DNA of 64,000 bases from Acidobacteriota bacterium (GCA_028749115.1 JAQURD010000008.1:1218-65217), one strand, 5' to 3'. Counted from the first letter of the stretch, positions 9,627 to 20,436 are shown. Program-made: numbers and translations. Notes: a model not told the origin generated them from the sequence alone.

Positions 9627-10183
9627 AAACTCCTCCTCTTTTGATTATAATTGTTTTTTACTATTCTCCACACTTCCAGTCAAGACAAAGTCAGCTCAGC
9701 AACTAAAGTCAGCTCGAAGCTCTCTTTATTTGCCAAACTCTTATAAGATTTAAGTGGAGAAAATATCGAGCGGTTTTCCCTGCTGAAGTTCCTGATTGAT
9801 CAACGAGCTGAAGAAAAGCAGACAATATTTTTGGCCCGGTGCTGTGTGTGGTCTGAAATATTTACAAAGCTGATGTCTGTGCTTTCTCTTCTTCATATTT
9901 ATTAGTTTTATACATTGTTTAATAGTCCATGACCTCGGGGTAAATCTAAGAAAGTAACCAAAAACAAAACTTTCCGTCGAAAAAATACAACTAAAAAATA
10001 GAGTTGGCCTTCAGTCCGAGAACGAAAAAGCTAAGGAAGAAATCCGGACAGGTGAAAAATCAGAACAACCTGTAAAAAACTCTTCGGACCTATTATCTGG
10101 CCGGCCAGACAGCTAGCCGCTTCTATTTTCACTAAGATGCCCGGTTAAAAAAAGAAAAATGGTTGACAGATGCTAATAATCTA

Positions 10184-10873
10184 TTAATCACGGGAATTGC
10201 GGATGAGAATCATTCTCAGTAGCTGGATAGCAGCCATGGCGGTAGAAGCCACATAAGTCATAGCGGCGGCTTTAAGAACACTCCTCGCTCCATCAACCTC
10301 TTTGGCATTCAGAAATCCTCTTTCCTGAAGAATGGCCAGCGCCCGGTGAGAGGCATTAAATTCAACCGGCAGAGTAATTACAGTAAAGAGAACAGCTGCG
10401 CTGAAAAGCAGAATACCAATGTCCATCAGGATACTCGGGCCGTGTCCGCTAAAAAGAAGACCAACAAAAAAAAGTGGAAAAGCCAGATTCGAGCCCAGAC
10501 TGGCCACCGGGTAGATAAGATTCCTCAAAGCCAGAAAAGCATAGCCCTGTGCATGCTGAATAGCATGGCCAGCTTCATGAGCAGCCACACCCAGAGCGGC
10601 GATCGATGAACTATCATAAACATCTTCAGATAACCGAAGCACTTTGGCCTTCGGATCATAATGGTCAGTCAAATGGCCCCTGGTTTTTTCAATCCTGACT
10701 CCATTAGCCGGGCTGTATTTTAAAATTTCACCAACCGCCTCGGCCGCGGTCAGTCTTGAAGAAGAGACAACCTGGCTGAACCGGGAAAAGGTCGATTTAA
10801 CCTTGTTCTGGGCATAAATAGCAAAAATAAAAACAGGTATCAGCAGCCAGATTGTGTAATCAAAATAGAACAT
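10184..10873 (-). CDS. Putative neutral zinc metallopeptidase (YugP-like membrane protein)
   Basis: LTDHYDP, AAHEAGHAIQH (HExxH), TLPVEFNAS. Confidence 0.9.
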   Translation of the reverse strand: MFYFDYTIWLLIPVFIFAIYAQNKVKSTFSRFSQVVSSSRLTAAEAVGEILKYSPANGVRIEKTRGHLTDHYDPKAKVLRLSEDVYDSSSIAALGVAAHEAGHAIQHAQGYAFLALRNLIYPVASLGSNLAFPLFFVGLLFSGHGPSILMDIGILLFSAAVLFTVITLPVEFNASHRALAILQERGFLNAKEVDGARSVLKAAAMTYVASTAMAAIQLLRMILIRNSRD

Positions 10874-11095
10874 CTCGTTTCCTCCTGAGTTTTATATTTT
10901 AGCTGAAAAAGGCCCGCCGGTAAATATGCTGGCCGTCAAAGGATGATTAAAATCTCCTTCCTAGGCCAGGCATAAATATCACCATTTTACCAGCAGTCTT
11001 GCTTAGACGAGGCAGACTTATCTGACAACCCCATCTTAGCAGACACTACCACTCCTCTTTTCAATAGTACTTTATCCAAAGATAATCTGGTAGAT

Positions 11096-11482
11096 TTACT
11101 GTTGTAATATCTTGATAGCCTCATCAATATTGGACACGTCCAGAATTATAGAAACTTTATCGGCCACCTGGCTCAGGGTCCCATAGCAGTATTCGACATT
11201 AATTCCCTCGTCACCTATTCGCGTGACCACCTCGGCTAAAGCCCCTGGCTTGTTCTCAAGATGAACCAACAGAACATCACGTAGCTCAGTCGTATAATTT
11301 AGCTTATTGAGGATTTTAATCGCTTTGTTTAGATTTTTAACATAAATCTTGGCCGTATCCTGGAAAACACCTATAGCTTCAACATTGATGTCATTTTCAG
11401 CCAGCTCGCTAAGCATTTCCCCCAAAATCGAGGGCTTATTTTCCAGGATAACAAATATTTCGGTAATTCTTTCAAAATCCAT
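11096..11482 (-). CDS. Tandem ACT domain protein
   Basis: Two LENKPx-L...INVE repeats in 128 aa. Confidence 0.85.
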   Translation of the reverse strand: MDFERITEIFVILENKPSILGEMLSELAENDINVEAIGVFQDTAKIYVKNLNKAIKILNKLNYTTELRDVLLVHLENKPGALAEVVTRIGDEGINVEYCYGTLSQVADKVSIILDVSNIDEAIKILQQ

Positions 11483-12162
11483 AGAACCCTCCCCTATTCT
11501 GTATTTTTTTCCCCATAATTCCTATCATGATATTATCAAACAACTTATATCTATTTATTAGCCCATTAAAAAACATTTTTCAACTGAAATTTATCAAAAC
11601 CAGAGCTAGCCCGGTTTCCATCAGCATTATCAAACTCACACAAAGGGACCCGATTCAATCCAACGTTACCATTTGCCATGCATAGAAAATACATATTCTG
11701 GTTTGAAATAATCTAAGGTGACGCCAATATTGTAATTTTTACTTAACCACCTTATTGATAAAGGTGCAAAATCTTCAGGTAACAGAGAGCCGGAACGACT
11801 CGATCAATCATCAACTCTCTAAGTTTTTACACGACTAAAAACAAGCAAAATAACAAACGACTCTTAACTCTCCTTTTTTAGCTGGAATAGTCCAATTGGC
11901 CAATAAATAGACCAGCCTTTCGTCAACAATCCAGGCCGACTTGAATCATTTCCTGCATTGTTCCATCCTTATCTGTTTATTATTTATTATTATCTCCGTA
12001 GCTAAGTCACAAACATAAACTGATAAAATACCATACCTACCGTCTCATTGCCTGAGCATAAACAGGCGAACCTATACCTCTTTGGAATCTATAGGATCTC
12101 TCCACTGCCAGCCAGTATCGGTTTTTAGAGACTAAGGTCGAAAGCTAAAATGCTATTTTTAT

Positions 12163-12558
12163 CTAATTTGATATATATTTCTCGTAGCCATAAAATACCC
12201 GGTTATAGTAGAACGAGTCTAAAAACTCCTGCAAATATTTTTCCTGACCAGGAACTGACGGCAAAACAAACAATATTACTTTTTCTTTAGAAACGCCAAT
12301 CAGACAAGGGCTTATTGCTGGCATAAACTTCTTGTATTTACTAACCGGTTCAAATTCGAATCTAGCGCCAGTTGTCTCCTTAATCTTCTCGCTGTCCTCT
12401 ATCTCCTCATCAGGTATGATACCCCTGGCAATATACTGTGGTGGCAAATTGTTGAGAACATTTATGACCCTCAAACACTGGGGACAATCATGAGAATGAA
12501 AATATAAAAATAAATAGAATGGAAATATCTCATTGGCTATTAATTTTTTTAAAGTCAA
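12163..12558 (-). CDS. Thioredoxin-fold-like CxxC protein, probably N-terminally truncated
   Basis: HDCPQC motif after a hydrophobic beta-strand; SPC (cis-Pro-like) motif; TTG start overlapping the upstream ORF with no clear SD. Confidence 0.5.
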   Translation of the reverse strand: MTLKKLIANEIFPFYLFLYFHSHDCPQCLRVINVLNNLPPQYIARGIIPDEEIEDSEKIKETTGARFEFEPVSKYKKFMPAISPCLIGVSKEKVILFVLPSVPGQEKYLQEFLDSFYYNRVFYGYEKYISN

Positions 12559-13159
12559 CTGGTTTTACATTTTCTCCCAGCTGAAGCTCATAGGGCAGAA
12601 GGTAATCACGGCTGTCGTTATTTATATCTATGGCAAAAAGGACGTAAGCTTTATCAGCATTTTTATCGGTGATAGGCAATCTGGCAATTAATACCTTTTC
12701 TTTTTCGTCCATCAGTCTGCCGTCCAGTACCGAAGTTACAATTGTTTGCTTAATCTGCTGGAAATTTAAGTCCTTATCAATACTATAAATATATAATTTC
12801 TTGGTGCTGGTATCTGAAATGAGCAACTTCCCGTTTTTATAATCATGAAGCCAGGGATTAACAAACTCATCCGGTCCGTAACCTCTCCGGCCAAAAACGC
12901 CGACAATCTTACCTTCACCATCAGATATCTTAAAATCGCCGGCACGGCCATCACAGACGATAACATAGCCATTTTCCGTAACTACAAAACCTCTGGGAAA
13001 ATCAATAAAAAAGCCTTCCTTCTGAACAAGCTGGGTCTTGCCCTCATAGACTATATCTATAGCTGCTAAAGATTTTGTAATAAACAGAACGAGAAAAAAG
13101 ATAGAACAAACAGACAACCTTTTTTTTCTCATCTGAGCATTGGCAATAGAAATAAGCAC
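12530..13159 (-). CDS. 6-bladed (NHL-like) beta-propeller protein, probably C-terminally truncated
   Basis: Signal peptide; FGRRGYGPDEF motif; 209 aa is short for this family. Confidence 0.7.
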   Translation of the reverse strand: MLISIANAQMRKKRLSVCSIFFLVLFITKSLAAIDIVYEGKTQLVQKEGFFIDFPRGFVVTENGYVIVCDGRAGDFKISDGEGKIVGVFGRRGYGPDEFVNPWLHDYKNGKLLISDTSTKKLYIYSIDKDLNFQQIKQTIVTSVLDGRLMDEKEKVLIARLPITDKNADKAYVLFAIDINNDSRDYLLPYELQLGENVKPVDFKKINSQ

Positions 13160-13193
13160 CCTGATTTTTATTTCAATTTAATTCAGGGAATTA

Positions 13194-13412
13194 TTAACAG
13201 CAGTCTCCAGAGTGAGCATCACGACACCAGCATAAACTAAGATCACATTCATAGCATCTATATCCCGGTGCTTTACATAGCGGATCATCATAGTACATCC
13301 CTTTAACTTCCGGCATATTGGCTCTAGCCTTAATGGTAAAATTTGGAAGGACAATAAAACATGAAATAACGATGCACAAAACCACAATCCAGATAAGACT
13401 CTTTTTGCCCAT
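13194..13412 (-). CDS. Small secreted Cys-rich peptide (72 aa)
   Basis: SD AAGGAGG 6 nt before ATG; signal peptide ending ARA; mature part contains 7 Cys (CKAPGYRCYECDLSLCWCRDAHSGDCC). Confidence 0.75.
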   Translation of the reverse strand: MGKKSLIWIVVLCIVISCFIVLPNFTIKARANMPEVKGMYYDDPLCKAPGYRCYECDLSLCWCRDAHSGDCC

Positions 13413-13733
13413 TTTTTTCCTCCTTAATTATAAAAATTTAATTTAAGTTTCTCCGTTTTTAGCGATATCATGCATAATCACTTGCTTTTAACCATCAACA
13501 TGCTTCTGCCACAGCTTGGCTTTTTCTTTTGCCTTTTGTTTTTAAGATAAAAAAAAACACCTTTGTCAAGTATTTTTTTAACTCAATGAATAGTTTATAA
13601 TCCAAGGGAGAGGTTTATTTAATCAGAGGTCGGCTCTTCCTCTTACCTTCGCCAGAGGTAGGAACCAAATAAATCGGCTTTCAAGCAATTTACCCTTTTT
13701 TTCTCTTGTGGCGCCTTTATTCTTTACTTCCTT

Positions 13734-15149
13734 TTAAAATATCTTCCCTGGATTGAGGATACCCAGTGGATCAGCGGCCTGTTTAATTTTCTTCATCAGT
13801 TCAATCTGGGCTGCTTCCATGGTCAATGGGAAATAATTTTTTTTGTAAAGGCCAATACCATGCTCACCAGAAATAACTCCACCACGGCCGGCTGCATCCT
13901 TGAACAGCTCCTGCCTGGCCTTTTCCAGTTTGTCTTTTATCTCATCGACATTAATCGGCACTATCTGGCCATTCTCATATTTAGCTTTCATCAGATGGGT
14001 GTGGACATTGCCATCGCCGGCGTGACCGAAAACAGGAAGCCACAGCCCGTATTTTTGAGCAACTTCGTGAATTTTTCTAACATGTCCGGCTATTTCCGAG
14101 CGGGGCACGCTGGTATCCAGGATGTCAATCGTCTCTTTTTTTATAGCTTCATAAATCTCAGAACGAATTTTCAAAACTTCATCCTGTTTAGCCGCCGTAT
14201 CAGCCACAAAAACATCCAGGGCTCCATTGTCGAGTACAATATCGGCAATTTCGTCTGTTAGCTTCCCCAGGTGTTCTTCTGAAGCCGCATCAACAATAAT
14301 CATCAGGTGCATGTCTCCTAAATGAGTTGGCCAGTTAAGATGAAGGTGCTCTTCTGTCAACCTGAGCACATCCAGGCCGGCAAATTCGACCGCCATGGGC
14401 AAAAGACCACGATCAAAAATGAGCGGCACGTTATCTATGGCTTGCTCAATGCCATTAAAAGGAATAACCATTGTCCGGAGAAAAGTTGGCCTGCTCATCA
14501 CCTGGACAATAGCTCTGGTGATTACCCCCAGCGTGCCCTCCGAGCCAATAAACAAATTCACCAGATTATAACCGGAAGAATTTTTGATGAGCTTGCCGCC
14601 AGGATGGATAATCTGCCCGTCGGCCAGGATAACCTCCATTCCCCTGATATAATTACGTATTCCCCCGTATTTGACCGCCCGGCTGCCGCCAGCATTGGTG
14701 GCAATCATACCACCAAACATCGCCCCTTCATCTCCAGGATGTGGCGGGAAATAAAACCCCTGCTTTTCGACCTGGGTAATAAATTCGCCCAGAGTCAGCC
14801 CGGCTTCTACCACTGCCACCTGATTTTTCTGATCGAGCTCCAGGAACTTATTCATTCTCTGGAAACTCAACACTATCCCCCCATAGACGGGCACACAGCC
14901 CCCGGCCAGGCCGGTTCCACCACCCCGTGCTGTAACGGGTAGTCGGTGCTGGCTGGCCAGTTTTAAAATGGTTGAAACTTCCTCTGCCTTCCCCGGTCTG
15001 GCCACCACTTCCGGCTGATAATTTCCCTGACGATTGACGTATTCATCATAAGCATAAATTCCCACTTCCTCGGCAGAAGTAATTACATTTTTGTCGCCAA
15101 CCGATGATTTAAGCTGACTGAGGATTTCTTCATTAATCTTTCCATACAT
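13734..15149 (-). CDS. FAD-binding oxidoreductase, GlcD/D-lactate dehydrogenase family
   Basis: RGGGTGLAGG, GSEGTLG, HAGDGNVH, SGEHGIG, LNPGK motifs. Confidence 0.9.
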   Translation of the reverse strand: MYGKINEEILSQLKSSVGDKNVITSAEEVGIYAYDEYVNRQGNYQPEVVARPGKAEEVSTILKLASQHRLPVTARGGGTGLAGGCVPVYGGIVLSFQRMNKFLELDQKNQVAVVEAGLTLGEFITQVEKQGFYFPPHPGDEGAMFGGMIATNAGGSRAVKYGGIRNYIRGMEVILADGQIIHPGGKLIKNSSGYNLVNLFIGSEGTLGVITRAIVQVMSRPTFLRTMVIPFNGIEQAIDNVPLIFDRGLLPMAVEFAGLDVLRLTEEHLHLNWPTHLGDMHLMIIVDAASEEHLGKLTDEIADIVLDNGALDVFVADTAAKQDEVLKIRSEIYEAIKKETIDILDTSVPRSEIAGHVRKIHEVAQKYGLWLPVFGHAGDGNVHTHLMKAKYENGQIVPINVDEIKDKLEKARQELFKDAAGRGGVISGEHGIGLYKKNYFPLTMEAAQIELMKKIKQAADPLGILNPGKIF

Positions 15150-15323
15150 AGTCCAACTGCCCCTTAAATTTATATATAAATTCTTCCGATTAAAATATTG
15201 CCACTGCCGCTAAGAACAACTTATTTATTTTACACTCTATAGATGGAGATCAGTAAATTTTCTTTGTCTATCATCTCTGGTTAATTTTATCTTTTTTTCC
15301 CCTGCTGACCACAAAACATGTCT

Positions 15324-17150
15324 TCAGGACAGCAACGATTTAACCGCTTCTACTATCGCCGCCGCATCAATTCCATATCTCGACATAAGCTCTTCTGGCC
15401 GCCCGGAACGAGGCAGTTCTCTAATGCAGAGATGCTTCCACAGTTTTTTTTCGGGCAGGGTGAGAGCAACAGCTGTGCCGAGCCCGCCGTGTTCAAAATG
15501 ATCTTCAACCACCACTACCCTCCCACCTGTTTCGCTGGCTGACTTTAAGATTGTTTCTGTATCAAGGGGCTTAATAGAATAAGCATCTATAATTCTAATA
15601 TTTATTCCTTCTTCTTTAAGGAGGTCCGCTGCCTTTAGAGCTTCATGAACGGTGATGCCGGCCGCAATTACTGTGACCGTATCCTGCTGGCTCCGCCGTA
15701 GAATTTTTGATCCGCCAGCTGGAAATTCCTCTTCTGGATGATAAATGATGGGGGTAGCTGGCCTGGTTGTCCTGATATACGCTATTCCTTTCTGACTGGC
15801 TACTTCCTTGACGCACTTTTCAGCAGAAACCCCATCCGAGGGATAAAGCACTAAGCAACCCGGGATGGGCGTGAACATACCTAAGTCTTCCAGTCCCATC
15901 TGTGACGGCCCGTCCTCACCGATGCTAACTCCAACATGAGAACCACATAATTTTATATTAGAAAAAGAATAGGCGGCCATCCTGATCTGGTCATGAGCTC
16001 TGGTCAGAAAAGCCGCAAAAGTGGCAGCAAAGGGCAGAAAACCTTTGGCAGCCAGTCCCATAGCCATGCCAATCATATTCTGCTCAGCTATGTACGATTC
16101 AAAAGAGCGTTGGGGAAAAGAAGCAAAAAATTTATCCGTATAAGTTGAATTTTTGACATCACCATCAATGGCCACCACCCGGTCGTTGATCCGGCCAAGT
16201 TTTTGGAGCGCCAGGCCATAGGCCAGTCTGGTGGCGGTTTTATCCTTATAGGACGGCAAGTCAAATTCGACACTATCTTTAAATTCTGGCCCTTTAACTT
16301 TCTGCCGGCTTCTGACATATCTTCTGGCTTCAATATCAGGCATTGGTCCAACTTCAGCTAAGGCCTTGTCCAGCTCTTCAGGCTTAAGCGGCTTGCCATG
16401 CCATCCATTTTTATCTTCGATAAAAGAAACCCCTTTACCTTTGATCGTCCTGGCTAAAATAACCTTGGGCTTCGGTCCAAGGCGGGCTTTGGCCAGAGCT
16501 TCAAGAAGCTTTTCAACTTTATGACCATCAACCTGATAAACATCCCAGCCAAAGGCCTCAAACTTTTTAGCATAGGCTTTTAAATCGTGCTGGTGCATGG
16601 TCGGCTCAGACTGCCCCAGCCGGTTCACATCCACAATAGCTACCAGGTTTCCCAGTTTAAACTCGCGCCCGGCATTGGCTGCTTCCCAGACCGCCCCCTC
16701 GGCGCACTCGCCATCGCCCATCAGAACAAAAGTCCGGGCTTTGACTCCGGCCAGCTTTTGAGCCAGAGCCAGCCCAACACCGACCGACAACCCCTGGCCA
16801 AGAGAACCGGTGGCGGCTTTGACCCAGGGCATGCGCGGTGTGGGATGCCCTTCCAGATCGCTGGTAATTTTCCTCAGATTAAGAAGTGAATCCTGAGAAA
16901 TAATTCCGGCCTCGGCATAGGCTGCCCACAGAATCGGAGCAGCATGTCCTTTGGACAGAACGAATTCATCGTTCTCCCGGGCCTCAGGGTCACCAGGATT
17001 AAAACGCATTTCATGAAAAAAAAGGCAGGCCATGATTTCAGCGCAGGACAGGCAGGTGGAGGGATGCCCTGAACCAGCCGCCGTCGTCATCTGGAGGGAA
17101 TGAATTCTGAGGCGTTTGGCAATTTTTTCTAAAATAGATATAGAAGACAT
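15324..17150 (-). CDS. tkt: Transketolase (single chain)
   Basis: SGHP, LSKGHA, GDGE TPP motif, GEDGPSQ. Confidence 0.93.
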   Translation of the reverse strand: MSSISILEKIAKRLRIHSLQMTTAAGSGHPSTCLSCAEIMACLFFHEMRFNPGDPEARENDEFVLSKGHAAPILWAAYAEAGIISQDSLLNLRKITSDLEGHPTPRMPWVKAATGSLGQGLSVGVGLALAQKLAGVKARTFVLMGDGECAEGAVWEAANAGREFKLGNLVAIVDVNRLGQSEPTMHQHDLKAYAKKFEAFGWDVYQVDGHKVEKLLEALAKARLGPKPKVILARTIKGKGVSFIEDKNGWHGKPLKPEELDKALAEVGPMPDIEARRYVRSRQKVKGPEFKDSVEFDLPSYKDKTATRLAYGLALQKLGRINDRVVAIDGDVKNSTYTDKFFASFPQRSFESYIAEQNMIGMAMGLAAKGFLPFAATFAAFLTRAHDQIRMAAYSFSNIKLCGSHVGVSIGEDGPSQMGLEDLGMFTPIPGCLVLYPSDGVSAEKCVKEVASQKGIAYIRTTRPATPIIYHPEEEFPAGGSKILRRSQQDTVTVIAAGITVHEALKAADLLKEEGINIRIIDAYSIKPLDTETILKSASETGGRVVVVEDHFEHGGLGTAVALTLPEKKLWKHLCIRELPRSGRPEELMSRYGIDAAAIVEAVKSLLS

Positions 17151-17445
17151 TTTTTACTCCCGGAAAAAATTAGCTTTTATTATATTGTTAATCAAGGCCA
17201 GGCTCAAGCCAGAGAAAGATTATATAAACAGATGTCCGGGCATTTACTCTGCAAGTAGATAGCAGCTCACTTTGCAATTTTTGTCGTCAACCAGGGGCAG
17301 ATCAGTTAACCTGGACGGGTTGATCAAATATTTAGTCAGGGTAACTAAATAATTTAGTTGCTTCGGCCAGAGTCATAGCTAAGCAACTGAATAGATTTCT
17401 GATCAGTTTATTACCTGGCTGAAACTTCTCTTCATTAAGGGTCTC

Positions 17446-18246
17446 CTATTCGCCCATGTGAGCCAGCAATCCCTTGACTTTAACTACCCTAAACATGTGG
17501 AAAAAGAAAATCAGGACAAGAATAAGATAAATAAGATTCAGGCCAAAAGATTTAAGAAGATAAGCAACCGGAAAGCTTTGCCCGAAGATAACAGCTCTCA
17601 TGCCTTCAAAAACATAAGAAGCCGGCACGTAACTGGCTATTAGCTGAAGAAATTTTGGCAGAACAGAAACCGGATAGAAAACGGCTGAAACCGGTTGAAA
17701 TAGAATAGCAATACCCCAGGCTAAAACCTCCGCCTGCTGGCCAAACCTAAAAATAAAAGCTGTGGTTAAAAGGCCAATCGACCAGCCAAGGATAATCAGA
17801 TTAATCATAAAAGGCAAAAGATAAAGGCCGATAATAAAAAGATTAAAGGAATAAAGCAACCAGGCCAGAAGAGAACTGACCAGAAAAACCACTACTACCT
17901 TGAATAAAGAGACCAGCATCAGGGAAACAAGATATTCAGAGATGGTCAGCGGACTGACAAAAAGATTAAGGAAATTGCGGGCCCAGACTTCCTCCAGAAA
18001 TGAAACAGAAATGCCTTGCTGGGAGCGAAAGAGAATATCCCAGAGAATAAGGGCTCCCAGAAAAATCCCGAGGAAATTAGGGGCAGACTCACCCTGGGCA
18101 GAAAGTTTTGTAATGTAAACGCTGACAAACCCCCAGAGGAGGAGATCAAGCAGTGGCCAGTAAACTATTTCTATTAACCTGGTAAAACTGTGCCGATAGA
18201 GATAGGTATGGCGGAGAAACATGGCAGAGATCCGGCGGAAGCTCAT
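17446..18246 (-). CDS. ABC-2 type exporter permease
   Basis: About 6 TM helices; 4-nt overlap with the ATPase gene. Confidence 0.88.
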   Translation of the reverse strand: MSFRRISAMFLRHTYLYRHSFTRLIEIVYWPLLDLLLWGFVSVYITKLSAQGESAPNFLGIFLGALILWDILFRSQQGISVSFLEEVWARNFLNLFVSPLTISEYLVSLMLVSLFKVVVVFLVSSLLAWLLYSFNLFIIGLYLLPFMINLIILGWSIGLLTTAFIFRFGQQAEVLAWGIAILFQPVSAVFYPVSVLPKFLQLIASYVPASYVFEGMRAVIFGQSFPVAYLLKSFGLNLIYLILVLIFFFHMFRVVKVKGLLAHMGE

Positions 18247-18992
18247 GGCTCTACCTTCCTGGCAATTTTTAAAAAGACATCTTCAAGGTTTTCTCCACTG
18301 AAGCGGCTGACCACTTCCAGTGGCGTCCCGCGAGCAATAATTTCACCGTGATGAAGGAAAAGCAACCGGTCTGAAATAGCTTCCATTTCCTTCATGTTAT
18401 GAGATGTATAAAGAATAGCCATATTTTTCGTCTTTTTTATCTCCATCAGATAGGTTCTAGTTCGATCGGCAATATCGGGATCAAGGCTGGCCGTCGGTTC
18501 ATCCAGCAGCAAAATCTCGGGATCATTAATGAAAGCTTTAGCCAGGTTCAGCCTGGTTAATTGACCGGAAGAAAGGGTTCTGATTGCTTTATTAGCTGAT
18601 TCTTTTAAATCAAATTGTTCTATTAAAGACTCAATTTTTTGACGGGGCTTTTTGACACCATAAAGCCTGGCAAAAACCATGAGTGATTCCTTAACCTTCA
18701 GCGAATAAGGCATAGCCACATAAGTCGAGGAAAAATTCATCCGGCTCAAAATTTTTTCTCTCTGTCTCGATTTTTCAGGATTCAACCCCAATATTTTTAT
18801 TTCTCCCGAGGTAGGCAAAGTCAGGCCAAGAAGCATATGAATGATCGTCGTTTTGCCAGCACCATTAGGACCAAGCAAGCCAAGAATTTCACCTGGATAA
18901 AGTTCAAAACTAACTTCTTGAACCGCCTGAAAAGAATTAAATGATTTTGATAATCTGTTTACTTCGAGAACAGGCAAATTTTCCGGCCACAT
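18243..18992 (-). CDS. ABC transporter ATP-binding protein
   Basis: GPNGAGKT, LSSGQ, LLLDEPT. Confidence 0.95.
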   Translation of the reverse strand: MWPENLPVLEVNRLSKSFNSFQAVQEVSFELYPGEILGLLGPNGAGKTTIIHMLLGLTLPTSGEIKILGLNPEKSRQREKILSRMNFSSTYVAMPYSLKVKESLMVFARLYGVKKPRQKIESLIEQFDLKESANKAIRTLSSGQLTRLNLAKAFINDPEILLLDEPTASLDPDIADRTRTYLMEIKKTKNMAILYTSHNMKEMEAISDRLLFLHHGEIIARGTPLEVVSRFSGENLEDVFLKIARKVEP

Positions 18993-19047
18993 GTTTAACC
19001 TCCGGCTGATTAGTCTGGCTGATAAGCGGCGAGAAGGAAGTGTTTTA

Positions 19048-19076
19048 ATTATAGCAAAATAATAGGAATTTGTCTA
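19048..19076 (-). promoter_or_regulatory. Putative sigma70 promoter of the ABC operon
   Basis: TAGACA, 17-nt spacer, TATAAT. Confidence 0.55.
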
Positions 19077-19120
19077 TTCAGGCCTGCCGGTCTATTTTCT
19101 TTATATACAATAAGTTAGCA

Positions 19121-19289
19121 ACTACCGTCCCCTCTCCAACACCTGACCAAAGTCGTGGGCCAGGACAGGATATTTCCGGGGGGGAGTAAAACTCCCTTCG
19201 GCTCTGCACTTTGCCTTGCTGATCCGCCTGAGTTGAACGTTGTAATCCCCCAAAACTTCCCGGTGCTGGTGCATTCTCAGGGTCAGCAA
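19121..19289. ncRNA. Unassigned structured GC-rich intergenic element (candidate ncRNA)
   Basis: Several stems (19142-19164, 19182-19196, 19216-19289) in AT-rich flanks; G-U pairs favour the minus strand; no family recognised. Confidence 0.4.
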
Positions 19290-19407
19290 ACTAAGCAAAT
19301 GATATTTGAGACACACTCCTTGAAGCTGATGTGCACTTTAAGACGAAAGAAGGCATATCCTTATATTTTATTTATTATCAATAATATCCTGAAGCACGCC
19401 CCCATTT

Positions 19408-20436
19408 TTAAAATTTGATGCGGGGAAGAAATATTTTTTCATACAAAGCCAGGGCATAGCTGTCAGTCATACCGGCTACAAAGTCTGCCACTCTTCTGTC
19501 AACTGGGTCTCCTTTAGGATACTCTTTAACCCCTTCGCCTGGGTTCTTGAGCAAATATCCATAGAGTTCTTTAATCACTTTTCTGGTTTTATTCAAATCT
19601 TCTCTGGCTTCGGAATTTAAATAGACTTTATCATAAAGAAAATTTCTGAGGTCAAGCAAAGCCTGATAAATTCTCTGGCTCATGGCAATTTGTTCCAGCT
19701 CAATTTTCAGGCTCGATTCGACGACGTCAGTGACCAGACGATCTATCCTGGTTGAATGAAGCTTACCGAGCATATCGGTAATTTTTGACGGAATATCTTC
19801 TTCCTCAATAATGCCGGCTCTCAGCGCATCATCAATATCGTGATTAACATAAGCAATCACATCCGAAACCCGCACAATCTGGCCTTCCAGGCTGACCGGA
19901 CTGCCTTCCGGGTCATCATCCAATATTTCTCCACGGCCCTTCGAATGCCTTAAAATTCCGTCGCGAACCTCAAAAGTTAAATTGAGACCCTTACCTTCAT
20001 ATTCCAGCTTATCAACCACCCTCAAGCTCTGCTCTGAATGATGGAAGCCGCCAGTCAGGAGCTCATTTAAAACCTCTTCCCCGGCATGACCAAAAGGCGT
20101 ATGTCCCAGGTCGTGACCCAGGGCGATAGCTTCGGTCAGATCTTCATTCAGGCGAAGAGCCCGGGCAATCGTTCGGGCAATCTGTGACACTTCAAGGGTA
20201 TGAGTCAGCCTTGTGCGAAAATGATCGCCAAAAGGCGACAGAAAGACCTGGGTTTTGTGCTTTAATCGCCGGAATGATTTAGAGTGAATAATCCGGTCAC
20301 GGTCACGCTGAAAAGCAGTCCGCAAAAGATGAGGTTGTTCAGGCCGGAGACGTCCCTGGCTTTTAGCGCTCAGACAGGCCCGGGGCGAAAGAATCTTTTT
20401 TTCGAGACTTTCAATCTGCTCTCTGATATTGTTCAA
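19408..20436 (-). CDS. dgt: Deoxyguanosinetriphosphate triphosphohydrolase (HD domain)
   Basis: [47 protein letters not shown]. Confidence 0.95.
   Translation of the reverse strand: MNNIREQIESLEKKILSPRACLSAKSQGRLRPEQPHLLRTAFQRDRDRIIHSKSFRRLKHKTQVFLSPFGDHFRTRLTHTLEVSQIARTIARALRLNEDLTEAIALGHDLGHTPFGHAGEEVLNELLTGGFHHSEQSLRVVDKLEYEGKGLNLTFEVRDGILRHSKGRGEILDDDPEGSPVSLEGQIVRVSDVIAYVNHDIDDALRAGIIEEEDIPSKITDMLGKLHSTRIDRLVTDVVESSLKIELEQIAMSQRIYQALLDLRNFLYDKVYLNSEAREDLNKTRKVIKELYGYLLKNPGEGVKEYPKGDPVDRRVADFVAGMTDSYALALYEKIFLPRIKF

Noticed and set aside
17329-17359. Overlapping AT-rich inverted repeats (AACTAAA-TAA-TTTAGTT)
   Set aside because: Plausible by chance in AT-rich DNA; no second copy to define a motif.
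19122-19418. ORFs 19122-19316 and 19155-19418
   Set aside because: No SD or family motifs; they overlap the structured element.
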